A DNA stretch of 64,000 nt from Solirubrobacteraceae bacterium (GTDB lineage: Bacteria; Actinomycetota; Thermoleophilia; Solirubrobacterales; Solirubrobacteraceae): positions 21,665 through 85,664 of the forward strand of contig DATCFG010000031.1 of NCBI GenBank assembly GCA_036509655.1, read 5' to 3'. The position numbers and the translations under genes were made by a program. This document shows, piece after piece, positions 1 to 10,105 of the stretch (its first letter is position 1; each line of letters starts with the position of its first letter). The notes under the pieces are model-generated. The model was not told the origin of the DNA, searched no databases, and was given only the letters and a program-made list of their open reading frames with translations.

Positions 1-336
1 CTGCATCGCGATCCCGCCACCGAGCGAGTGCCCGACGAAGGTTGCCCGCTCGTGTCCGAGGGCGAGTAGCAGGTCGCGCAGGCCGCTCGCGTGGGCGCCG
101 AGCGAGTAATCGCCTCTGGGCTTGGCCGACTCGCCGTGACCCGCCAGGTCGGGGGCGATCACGGTAAAGCGCTCGGCGAGCTGGGGCATCGCCCGCTCCC
201 AGGTCGCCGAGCTGGACGTGATCCCGTGGACGAGCACCACGACGGGGCCGCTGCCTGCTTGACGGTAGGCCACGTCGTGACCGTGCAAGGTCGTGTGCCT
301 GACGTCTTCGCGGCTGCGTTTTGTTCGAGGCGCCAT
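1..336 (-). CDS. alpha/beta hydrolase (N-terminal part; runs off the window edge)
   Basis: Manual translation from ATG at 336: MAPRTKRS...VVLVHGITSSSATW...APDLAGHGES...FVGHSLGGGIAMQ; HG oxyanion motif and GxSxG nucleophile motif. Confidence 0.9.
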   Translation of the reverse strand, partial: MAPRTKRSREDVRHTTLHGHDVAYRQAGSGPVVVLVHGITSSSATWERAMPQLAERFTVIAPDLAGHGESAKPRGDYSLGAHASGLRDLLLALGHERATFVGHSLGGGIAMQ

Positions 337-685
337 CCGAAGCTCCAGTTCTCTCGCTGCCCGGGGTCGCAGGATTGCACGATCAGTCGAGGGCCGGCAC
401 GGCAGTTGTGTTCTTTTGGTCGCCGGGGGTTAGTCCGGCGTGGATCACGTCAGAGAAAGGATGCCCAGAGCGGCAACTGCTGGCCCACGGTGCCGCTCAC
501 GACTGGCGGTGGTTGCGTCCAAACGTCGAGGAGACTCCGACACGGCGCGCGGCGGCCTCGAGGCGATACCCGCAATTGGGGCCGTGGGAGACAGCGGGTG
601 TTACCGTGCCGCGCTTGGGACCGGTGGACTCGCGGTCGGCTTGACGGTCTGTAGGCGGGCGGAGATGGAGGCGAAGACGAAGCAT

Positions 686-701
686 CTTAGGTCACCCTAA
701 G
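686..701. promoter_or_regulatory. palindrome CTTAGG-TCAC-CCTAAG, candidate operator
   Basis: Perfect 6-4-6 inverted repeat in an intergenic region. Confidence 0.35.
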
Positions 702-738
702 TGTAGCGCGAGCGACGTTTGGCAAGGGCAGCTCAATG

Positions 739-876
739 TCAGTTGCCGTCCTCGGCGGCGGCTAGCGCCGACTCCGCGTCGGTCAGGCGCTGCGCTCCGT
801 CGTCGGTCAGCTCGACGATGTGGCGGCGTAGGACAATTTGTGCGCACCGCGCTCGCGAGGCGACGGCCGAGCTCAT
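739..876 (-). pseudogene. MarR-family regulator C-terminal remnant
   Basis: 45-aa ORF ending RRHIVELTDDGAQRLTDAESALAAAEDGN resembles the MarR wing and last helix; no HTH present. Confidence 0.4.
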
Positions 877-921
877 TGAGTTCGCGCGCGACTTCGTGGG
901 GGGACATTGACGGCGAGGGGT

Positions 922-1662
922 CTACCCCGCGCCCTCGACGAGCACGAGCGCGAACCCGTCGTAGCCCTTCGCGCCGACGGTCTGGATCGCCGTGGCGGAG
1001 ACGGTGCCCTCCTCGACCTCGGCCCCAGCCAGCTCGTAGAAGCGACGCACGCCCTTGATGAGCTCGTCGCCGTGCTCGGAGTCGTAGGCGGCGGGGTCGA
1101 GGATCGCGCCGTCGCGGACGACGTTGTCGCCGACGATCAGCGTGCCGGGTCGAGAGAGCCGCAGCGACCATTCGAAGTAGCCCGGGTAGTTCTGCTTGTC
1201 GGCGTCGATGAAGATCAGGTCGAACGGGCCCGCGCCCTCGGCGTGGAGCTCGGGGAGCGTCTGGAGCGCCGGTCCGACCCGCAGTTCGACGAGCTCCTCG
1301 AGACCGGCGCGCGCGATGTTCGCCCGCGCTATCTCGGCGTAGCGGGGCTCGGCCTCGAGCGTGATCAGACGACCGCCCGGCGCCAGCGCCCGCGCGAGCC
1401 AGATCGTGCTGTAGCCGCCGAGCGTGCCGAGCTCGAGGATCGAGCGCGCGCCCTGCATGCGCGCGAGCAGCTGGAGCAGCTTGCCCTGGTTCGGCGTGAC
1501 CGAGATCGGTGGCAGTCCCGCCGCGACGCTATCCGCGACGGCGGCGTCGAGCGCCGCGTCCGCCGGCAGGAGATGCTCGGCGATGTAGCCGTCCACGGCC
1601 GTCCACCGCTGCTGGGGGGAGGACTCGCTGCTGCTGCTGCTGCTGCTGATCGCGTCGGTCAC
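922..1662 (-). CDS. SAM-dependent O-methyltransferase (family 3)
   Basis: ILELGTLGGYSTIW, DLIFIDADK, GDNVVR motifs. Confidence 0.93.
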   Translation of the reverse strand: MTDAISSSSSSSESSPQQRWTAVDGYIAEHLLPADAALDAAVADSVAAGLPPISVTPNQGKLLQLLARMQGARSILELGTLGGYSTIWLARALAPGGRLITLEAEPRYAEIARANIARAGLEELVELRVGPALQTLPELHAEGAGPFDLIFIDADKQNYPGYFEWSLRLSRPGTLIVGDNVVRDGAILDPAAYDSEHGDELIKGVRRFYELAGAEVEEGTVSATAIQTVGAKGYDGFALVLVEGAG

Positions 1663-3563
1663 TGACGCCAGGCTATCGTGAGCTGTGCGCGCCCGCGTAC
1701 GGCGCGCACCGTGTCGGTGAGCGTGGCGATGTCATAGGCGCCGTAGTGGCGGCGCCCGTTGACGAAGAAGGTCGGGGTGCCGGAGACACCGCTCTCGTCG
1801 GCGCTCGCCACGTCCTCGCTCACCCGCGAGGAGTACTCGCGGCGGTGGAGCTCGGCGAGCAGGCGCTCTCCGTCGAGGCCGAGCTCGGTCGCGTAAGCGC
1901 TCAGATGTCGAGGCAGCAGCTCGCCCTGGTGCGCGAGCAGCACGTCGTGCATCTCCCAGAAGCGGCCCTGGGCGGCGGCGGCCTCCGAGGCCTCGGCGGC
2001 GATCTGCGCGTGCGGGTGGACGTCGTTGAGGGGCAGGTGGCGCCAGACGTAGCGAACGTCGTCGCCGAACTCGGACAGCAGCTCACGGATCGCCTGCTCG
2101 GCCCGCCCGCAGAAAGGACACTCGAAGTCCCCGTACTCCACGAACGTGACGAGCGCGTCCGCGGGGCCGCGGACGTGGTCGCGCTCCGGGTCGACCTCGC
2201 GGGAGAGGTCGAGGATGTCCTCGGCCGTCCCCGCCAGCTGGCGCGCCCGCACGGACGCGGGCAGGCGCCTGACCACGCGCAGGACCGTCCACCCGAGCAG
2301 CGGCGCGAGCAGCACCGAGACGAGCGCGCCGAGCTTCGCCTCGGCGAGCCGCTCGCCGCTGAAGGCGAGGCTCGAGATCAGCAGCGAGACCGTGAAGCCG
2401 ACCCCGGCGAATGCGCCGCCGGCCGCCAGCAGCGGCGGGCTCAACGGCGAGCGCGGTCCGCGCAGGGCCGGACGCGAGGCGATCCACGAGGCGCCGGCGA
2501 TCCCGAGCGGCTTGCCGATCACGTAGCCGCCGAGGATGCCCAGCGTGATCGGGGAGCCGGCCGCGTCCCCGAGCAGGCCGCCGCTCAGGTGTACCCCCGC
2601 GTTGGCGAGCGCGAACAGCGGCACGATCACGTAGCTCGTCCACGGGTGCAGGCTGTACTGCAGGCGCTCGTTCGGTGAGATCGCGGAGATCAGGCTCTGC
2701 TGGGCGGAGCGGGCCAGCTCGGGGGTGGGCTGCTCGCGGAACGAGCGCGTCTGCACGGTCGCGCGCTCGAGATCCTCGCGCGCCGGTGGATAGGCGCTCG
2801 TCGCCAGCCCGACCGCGAGCCCCGAGATCACCGGGTCGATGCCCGACTCGAACATCGCCACCCACAGCCCGACCGCGACGACCGCGGAGACCGGGCGGCG
2901 CCATTCCGGCGCGTAGCGCAGCGCCAGCAGCACCGCGAACAGCGCCACCGCCACCGCCAGCGCGAGCACCGAGACGTGCGTGGTGTAGACGGTCGCGATC
3001 ACCACGAGCGCGCCCAGGTCGTCGATGACGGCGAGCGTCAGCAGGAACACGCGCAACCGGGTCGCCGCGCGCGGCGTCAGCAGCGCGAGCGCGCCGAGCG
3101 CGAAGGCGGTGTCGGTGGACATCGCCGCGCCCCAGCCGTGGGCGCCGGGGCCGCCCGCGTTGAGGGAGAGATAAATTGCCACCGGGACGGTCATGCCGCC
3201 GAGCGCGGCGAGCACTGGGATCGTCAGGCGCCGTCGCTCGCGCAGCTCGCCGAGGTCGAGCTCGCGCTTGGCCTCCAGCCCGACGACGAGGAAGAAGAAC
3301 GTCATCAGTCCCTCGTTCACCCAGTGGCGCAGGTCCGTCGCGATGCCGCTGCCCCCGATCGTGATCGCGAGCTTCGTGCTCCACAGCGATTCGTAGCTGT
3401 GCGACCACGGCGAGTTGGCCCACAGCAGCGCGACGATCACGCCCACCAGCAGCACGCTCGCCCCGCCGGTCTCGGTGCCGAGGAAGTCGCGCACCGGCGC
3501 CGTCAGGTTGCGTGCCCAGGCCGTCCGCCCGGCGTAGGTCCCGCTGTCCCCGTCGCGATCCAC
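1659..3563 (-). CDS. nhaA: Na+/H+ antiporter NhaA with C-terminal DsbA/thioredoxin-like domain
   Basis: HWVNEGLMTFFFLVVGLEAKRE, MSTDTAFAL, AVIDDL; C-terminal EYGDFECPFC ... GVSGTPTFFVNG; GTG start at 3563 inferred. Confidence 0.9.
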   Translation of the reverse strand: MDRDGDSGTYAGRTAWARNLTAPVRDFLGTETGGASVLLVGVIVALLWANSPWSHSYESLWSTKLAITIGGSGIATDLRHWVNEGLMTFFFLVVGLEAKRELDLGELRERRRLTIPVLAALGGMTVPVAIYLSLNAGGPGAHGWGAAMSTDTAFALGALALLTPRAATRLRVFLLTLAVIDDLGALVVIATVYTTHVSVLALAVAVALFAVLLALRYAPEWRRPVSAVVAVGLWVAMFESGIDPVISGLAVGLATSAYPPAREDLERATVQTRSFREQPTPELARSAQQSLISAISPNERLQYSLHPWTSYVIVPLFALANAGVHLSGGLLGDAAGSPITLGILGGYVIGKPLGIAGASWIASRPALRGPRSPLSPPLLAAGGAFAGVGFTVSLLISSLAFSGERLAEAKLGALVSVLLAPLLGWTVLRVVRRLPASVRARQLAGTAEDILDLSREVDPERDHVRGPADALVTFVEYGDFECPFCGRAEQAIRELLSEFGDDVRYVWRHLPLNDVHPHAQIAAEASEAAAAQGRFWEMHDVLLAHQGELLPRHLSAYATELGLDGERLLAELHRREYSSRVSEDVASADESGVSGTPTFFVNGRRHYGAYDIATLTDTVRAVRGRAQLTIAWRQ

Positions 3564-3694
3564 TGCCGAGTTACTAGCAGCTCGCCGGGAGCAGGAGCGG
3601 CTCGCCGGGAGCCAAGCGGAGCGCGCGGTCGCTCGAGGTCGTCCCGGAGGCGGAAACCGGCCGCTGACCACGGCGTGGGAGTAGAGTCCAAGCC

Positions 3695-4531
3695 GTGACG
3701 TTCGTCCTGCTCACCGGCGCCACCCGCGGCATCGGCCGCGCCGCTGCGGTCCAGCTCGCAGGCGACGGCGCCGAGCTCGCGCTCGTCGGTCGCGACGCCG
3801 AGCGCGTGCAGGCGGTCGCGGTCGAGGCCCGCGCGGCCGGCGGTGGCGCGCCGGTCCACGAGCACGTCGCCGATCTGATGTCGATGGCCGACGTGCGCGC
3901 GCTCGCCGAGGAGGTGCGCGGGCGCTACGGGCAGATCGACGTGCTCGCGAACAACGCCGGGGCGCTGTTCGCCTCGCGCAAGGTCACCGCCGAGGGCTTC
4001 GAGCAGACCTTCGCGCTGAACCACCTCGCGCCGTTCCTGCTCACCAACCTGCTGCGCGATCGCCTCGCCGGCGGCCGCGTCGTGACGACGTCCTCCGACG
4101 CCCACAAGGCCGGGCGACTGGACCTCGACGACCTGCAGTCGCAGCGGAAGTCCTACGCGGCGATGCGCGTCTACGGCACCTCGAAGCTCTGCAACATCCT
4201 CTTCACGCGCGAGCTCGCGCGGCGCGCGCCGGAGCTCCGCGCCAACTGCTTTCACCCCGGCGTCGTGCGCACCGGCTTCGGCAAGAACGACAACGGGATC
4301 TGGAAGGTGCTCACGACCGTCGGCTCGCCGTTCTTCCGCTCGCCCGCCCGCGGCGCCCGCTCGCTCGTCTGGCTCGCGCTCTCCGACGAGGCCTCCACGC
4401 TCACCGGCGAGTACGTCCAGGACGAGAAGGTCCTGGAGCCGAGCGGTCAGGCCCGCGACGAGATCCTCGCCGAGGGTCTCTGGGAGCGCAGCGCCGAGCT
4501 CGTCGGGCTGCCGGTCGACGCGCCCGCCTGA
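3695..4531 (+). CDS. short-chain dehydrogenase/reductase (retinol dehydrogenase-like)
   Basis: TGATRGIG, NNAG, YGTSK (YxxxK). Confidence 0.92.
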   Translation: MTFVLLTGATRGIGRAAAVQLAGDGAELALVGRDAERVQAVAVEARAAGGGAPVHEHVADLMSMADVRALAEEVRGRYGQIDVLANNAGALFASRKVTAEGFEQTFALNHLAPFLLTNLLRDRLAGGRVVTTSSDAHKAGRLDLDDLQSQRKSYAAMRVYGTSKLCNILFTRELARRAPELRANCFHPGVVRTGFGKNDNGIWKVLTTVGSPFFRSPARGARSLVWLALSDEASTLTGEYVQDEKVLEPSGQARDEILAEGLWERSAELVGLPVDAPA

Positions 4532-4605
4532 GCGCCCGGCGACGCACACCACCGGCGGATGGATGTTCCGTGCGCGTCTGTCTCACCTTCTAGGCTGAGG
4601 CCCCG

Positions 4606-5124
4606 ATGGAGCTCGAGCAGGCGATCCGCACCAGGCGCACGCACAAGGCCTTCGCTCCAGAGCGGGTCCCGCGGGCGGTGCTGGAAGAGCTCTTCGAGCT
4701 CGCGCACTGGGCCCCGAACCACAACCTCACCAACCCCTGGCGCTTCCGCGTGCTCGGGCCGGCGACGCTCGCGCGGCTGAAGCAGCTCGCCGAGCAGCGC
4801 TCGCCGGGCTCCGGCGGCAAGCTCGACCGCGCGCCGACTTTAGTCGTCGCGTCGGCCTTCCTCCAGGGCGACGAGGACCAGCGGGCCGACGATCTGCTCG
4901 CGAGCGCGGTCGCCGCCTACCTCGTGTTGCTCGCCGCGCATTCGCGCGGGCTTGCCTCTTACTGGCGCAGCGTGCCTTTGCTCGACTCACCCGCCGGCCG
5001 CGAGGCGCTCGGGCTCGACGCGGCCGAGCGGCCGATCGGCCTGCTCCACCTCGGCCGCCCGCGCCAGCAGCAGCGCGTGCCCGAGCGTGCGCCGGTCGCG
5101 GAGTTCGTCAGCTACCTGTCCTAG
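4606..5124 (+). CDS. nitroreductase family protein
   Basis: IRTRRTHKAF ... APNHNLTNPWRF. Confidence 0.88.
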   Translation: MELEQAIRTRRTHKAFAPERVPRAVLEELFELAHWAPNHNLTNPWRFRVLGPATLARLKQLAEQRSPGSGGKLDRAPTLVVASAFLQGDEDQRADDLLASAVAAYLVLLAAHSRGLASYWRSVPLLDSPAGREALGLDAAERPIGLLHLGRPRQQQRVPERAPVAEFVSYLS

Positions 5125-5303
5125 CTCACGAGCTGCGGTGCCAGCGCGAGGCTCGGGGTCTCAAGGGCGGCCTCTGACTCTGACTCGAACGAGCGCAGCC
5201 GCTTGCGCAGCTCGTACGCGATGTCGCGCAAGACCGCGTCGCCGCGGTCGTGGCCGTGCTCGTCGTTGACCTGCTTGAAGCCGTCGACGTCGCTGACCTG
5301 CAC
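5121..5303 (-). pseudogene. diguanylate cyclase (GGDEF) fragment
   Basis: DVDGFKQVNDEHGHDRGDAVL matches the DxDxFKxxNDxxGHxxGD segment; ends before any GGDEF motif. Confidence 0.7.
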
Positions 5304-5390
5304 ATCGACACGATCATCCAGGGCGGGCAGGGGGGCGAACTCGGGTTGCCCGCGGCGGCGATCCCGTCCGGAGTGAAGAACATCGAGCGC

Positions 5391-5450
5391 GTGTAACTAT
5401 AGTGCTACGCACTCTCTAAAGTACATCAGTTCTCGCGGCCTCTTTATATA
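5391..5450. repeat. AT-rich dispersed element, copy A (similar to 37977-38040)
   Basis: Shares GTGTAACTAT, then AAAG, TACATC and CGCG-CTCT blocks in the same order as copy B. Confidence 0.5.
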
Positions 5451-5500
5451 TGCGCTGTGTGTGTGTCCGAACTGTGTATATGCGCTGTGTGTGTCCGAAC
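5447..5500 (+). repeat. two direct repeats TATATGCGC(TG)n TCCGAAC
   Basis: 5447-5472 and 5477-5500 are identical except for one TG unit. Confidence 0.85.
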
Positions 5501-5731
5501 CGTGGCAAAGGCGCCACCAAATCGTGACGGAGATGTGACAGGAATATAAGGGCGGGGGATGGCATCATGCACTTTTTGAACGGCGTGACACTATGGTAAC
5601 ACGGGGGTTTGAAAAATGAGATGAAAATCCTCCCGAAACGCGACGAAAATCCTCTCGAAACGCGACGAAATTCCCCGACGGCGAACGGCCGTCCCGTGTC
5701 GCACCGCACCGCACCGCTAGCCTGTCGGCCC

Positions 5732-7582
<1,851 letters not shown>

Positions 7583-7703
7583 GGCAATCTTCCAACATCG
7601 AAACCCGCCGGAGCGGGCCTCGACGCGTATACGACTGTCTCTCGTGCCAGGAAAGCTACCTGCGTCGGGCCGCAGCGATAGGCTCTCGCCCGTGAGCAGA
7701 GGA

Positions 7704-8171
7704 ATGAGAGCGGTCCGGGTCGCCCTGCTGGCCGCGGTGCTGACGATGGCCCTGGGCGCCGCCACAGCAAGCGCCGCGGCCGTGATCCACTTCCAGTCGG
7801 AGAGGACGTCGGCGCTGACGGCGCAACTGCACCACCGCGAAGTCCACGCGCTGACCTTCCACCCGACGCCCGCGCCGGGGCACGTGCATGTCTCGCTGAA
7901 CAACGGCCGGCACATGACGGCCGTCTACGCGGCCAACGAAGAAGCGAAGTTCATCGCGCTCGCGCGTGCGGACGGCACGCCGTTCGCGGTTGCGGTCGCG
8001 AAACCGAAAGCTGCCGCGAAACCCGTGCACCACACCTTGCGCTACGTCGCGGGCGGGATCCTCGTGCTCGTGATCGTCGTCGTCGCGGCCGTCTTGCTCG
8101 TGGATCGCCGTAGGAAGCTCAATGAAGAGGGCGGCGACACGCCCCCGACGCAGAGCCAGCCTTCCCCGTAG
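7704..8171 (+). CDS. hypothetical secreted, C-terminally membrane-anchored protein
   Basis: Signal-peptide-like N-terminus (MRAVRVALLAAVL...ASA), C-terminal hydrophobic helix followed by DRRRK. Confidence 0.7.
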   Translation: MRAVRVALLAAVLTMALGAATASAAAVIHFQSERTSALTAQLHHREVHALTFHPTPAPGHVHVSLNNGRHMTAVYAANEEAKFIALARADGTPFAVAVAKPKAAAKPVHHTLRYVAGGILVLVIVVVAAVLLVDRRRKLNEEGGDTPPTQSQPSP

Positions 8172-8178
8172 ATCAAGA

Positions 8179-8195
8179 ATAAGACTCAGTCTTAT
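8179..8195. promoter_or_regulatory. ATAAGACT-C-AGTCTTAT palindrome, candidate Zur/Fur-family operator
   Basis: Perfect 8-1-8 inverted repeat overlapping a TATGAT -10-like hexamer upstream of the metal ABC operon. Confidence 0.6.
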
Positions 8196-8198
8196 GAT

Positions 8199-9188
8199 AT
8201 GTTGCCGCACGTGATGTGGCAACGGAAGTCGGTGAGGAGCTCCCGCTCCCCAAGGAAAGTGCTCGCGCACACGCGTCCACGGGCCGCGTCTGCGGTGGTT
8301 CTCGTGCTGCTGGCCGCGGGCGTGGCGGGGTGTGACAAGAGCGATCCGGCCGGCAACGCCGGGAGCGGCGGCCGTCTGCGGGTGGTGGCGGCGGAGAACT
8401 TCTGGGGGAGCATCGCCGCCCAGCTCGGCGGGGACCGTACGCAGGTGAGCAGCATCGTCGTCAACCCGAGCACCGACCCACACAGCTACGAACCGTCCGC
8501 ACGGGACGCGCGCACGATCGCCGGCGCGCAGCTGGCGATCGTGAACGGAATCGGCTACGACAACTGGGTGCCGAAGCTGCTGGCCGCGAGCCCGCTCGCG
8601 GGGCGGACCGTGCTGAATGTGGGGCAGCTGTTGGGATTGGAAGAAGGCGATAACCCGCACCAGTGGTACTCGCCGGCGAGCGTGCAACGGGTGATCGCAC
8701 GGATCGTCGCCGACTACGACCGGCTCGACCCGGCCGGCGCCGCCTACTACGCTCGGCGCGAGCGCGAATTCGAGACGGGGGACCTCGCGAGGTATGACCA
8801 GCTGCGCGCGGAGATCAGGTCGAGGTACGCGGGAGCCCCCGTGGGCTACAGCGAGAGCATCTTCCGCCCGCTCGGCGAAGACCTCGGCCTGCGGCTGTTG
8901 ACCCCGTACAGCTTCGCGAAGGCGGTCGCGGAGGGCGTCGATGTGACCGCCGAAGACAAGGAAACGGTCGACCGCCAGGCGCGGGACCGGCAGATCGAGG
9001 TATGGGTCTTCAACAGCCAGAACGTGACGCCGGATGTGGAGCGCGTGAACGAACTGGCGAAAGCCGCCGGCATTCCGATCGCGACGGTCACCGAGACGCT
9101 CGACCCGGCGAGCGACACGTTCGAGCAGTGGCAGGTGGCTGAGCTCGAAGGGCTGCTGAAGGCGCTCGAAGATACGAGGGCCCGGTAG
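8199..9188 (+). CDS. Zn/Mn ABC transporter substrate-binding lipoprotein (ZnuA/TroA family)
   Basis: Lipobox VAGC, DPHSYEP, NPHQWY; start uncertain. Confidence 0.92.
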   Translation: MLPHVMWQRKSVRSSRSPRKVLAHTRPRAASAVVLVLLAAGVAGCDKSDPAGNAGSGGRLRVVAAENFWGSIAAQLGGDRTQVSSIVVNPSTDPHSYEPSARDARTIAGAQLAIVNGIGYDNWVPKLLAASPLAGRTVLNVGQLLGLEEGDNPHQWYSPASVQRVIARIVADYDRLDPAGAAYYARREREFETGDLARYDQLRAEIRSRYAGAPVGYSESIFRPLGEDLGLRLLTPYSFAKAVAEGVDVTAEDKETVDRQARDRQIEVWVFNSQNVTPDVERVNELAKAAGIPIATVTETLDPASDTFEQWQVAELEGLLKALEDTRAR

Positions 9189-9190
9189 CC

Positions 9191-10105
9191 GTGAGCGTGG
9201 ACGCGAGCCCGGAGGTAGTGTCCTCACGTCTCGCTGTGCCCTCGTACTCTCCGGCGGTCGAGCTACGCGGCGCGGCGGTTCGGCTGGGAGGGAAGACGAT
9301 CTGGAGCGGCATGGACGTCGCCGTGCGCTCCGGGGAGTTCGTCGCGGTGCTGGGAGCGAACGGCTCGGGCAAGTCGACGCTGCTGAAGACCGTGCTCGGC
9401 GCGCTGCCGCTGGCGGCGGGCGAGGTGAGCGTGCTGGGAGCGCCGGCGGGACGGGAGAACGCGAGCATCGGCTACCTGCCCCAGCGCCGCTCGTTCGACT
9501 CCGGCACGCGGCTGCGCGGGCGCGACGTGGTGAGGCTCGGGCTCGACGGCGACCGCTGGGGGCTGCCGCTGCCCGGTGGCCTGCCCGGGTCGAGCGCGCG
9601 TCGGCGCGAGGCGGGGGAGCGGAGCGAGCAGGTGATCGAGCTCGTCGGGGCGGGCGCGTACGCGGACCGTCCGATCGGCGAGCTATCCGGTGGCGAGCAG
9701 CAACGGCTGCTGATCGCCCAGGCGCTCGCGCGCCGGCCAAAGCTGCTGCTGTTGGACGAGCCGTTGGACAGCCTTGACCTACCCAACCAGGCGGTCGTCG
9801 CGGCGCTCGTGCACGAGATCTGCAAAGACGAGGGCGTCGCGGTGCTGCTCGTCGCCCACGATGTGAATCCGCTGCTGCCATACCTGGACCGGGTCGTGTA
9901 CCTCGCGGCCGGACATGCGGTCGCCGGGACGGTGGAGGAGGTGATCACGGGGGAGACGTTGACGGGTCTGTATGGGTTGCCCGTGGAGGTGTTGAAAGCG
10001 AGCGACGGGCGGCTGGTCGTCGTCGGGCAGCCCGAGGCGCCGGCGCATCACCACGACCGTCACTCCCACGATCACGGTGGGCACGGAGACGAGCATGAGC
10101 ACTGA
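9191..10105 (+). CDS. metal ABC transporter ATP-binding protein
   Basis: GANGSGKST, LSGGEQQR, LLLDEP; His-rich tail. Confidence 0.93.
   Translation: MSVDASPEVVSSRLAVPSYSPAVELRGAAVRLGGKTIWSGMDVAVRSGEFVAVLGANGSGKSTLLKTVLGALPLAAGEVSVLGAPAGRENASIGYLPQRRSFDSGTRLRGRDVVRLGLDGDRWGLPLPGGLPGSSARRREAGERSEQVIELVGAGAYADRPIGELSGGEQQRLLIAQALARRPKLLLLDEPLDSLDLPNQAVVAALVHEICKDEGVAVLLVAHDVNPLLPYLDRVVYLAAGHAVAGTVEEVITGETLTGLYGLPVEVLKASDGRLVVVGQPEAPAHHHDRHSHDHGGHGDEHEH

Noticed and set aside
5447-5500. Repeat pair as a mini-CRISPR
   Set aside because: Only two units with a 4-nt gap and microsatellite content.
5609-5731. N-terminal extension of TypA given by the ORF track
   Set aside because: Similarity starts at about 5732; the upstream segment looks like promoter sequence.
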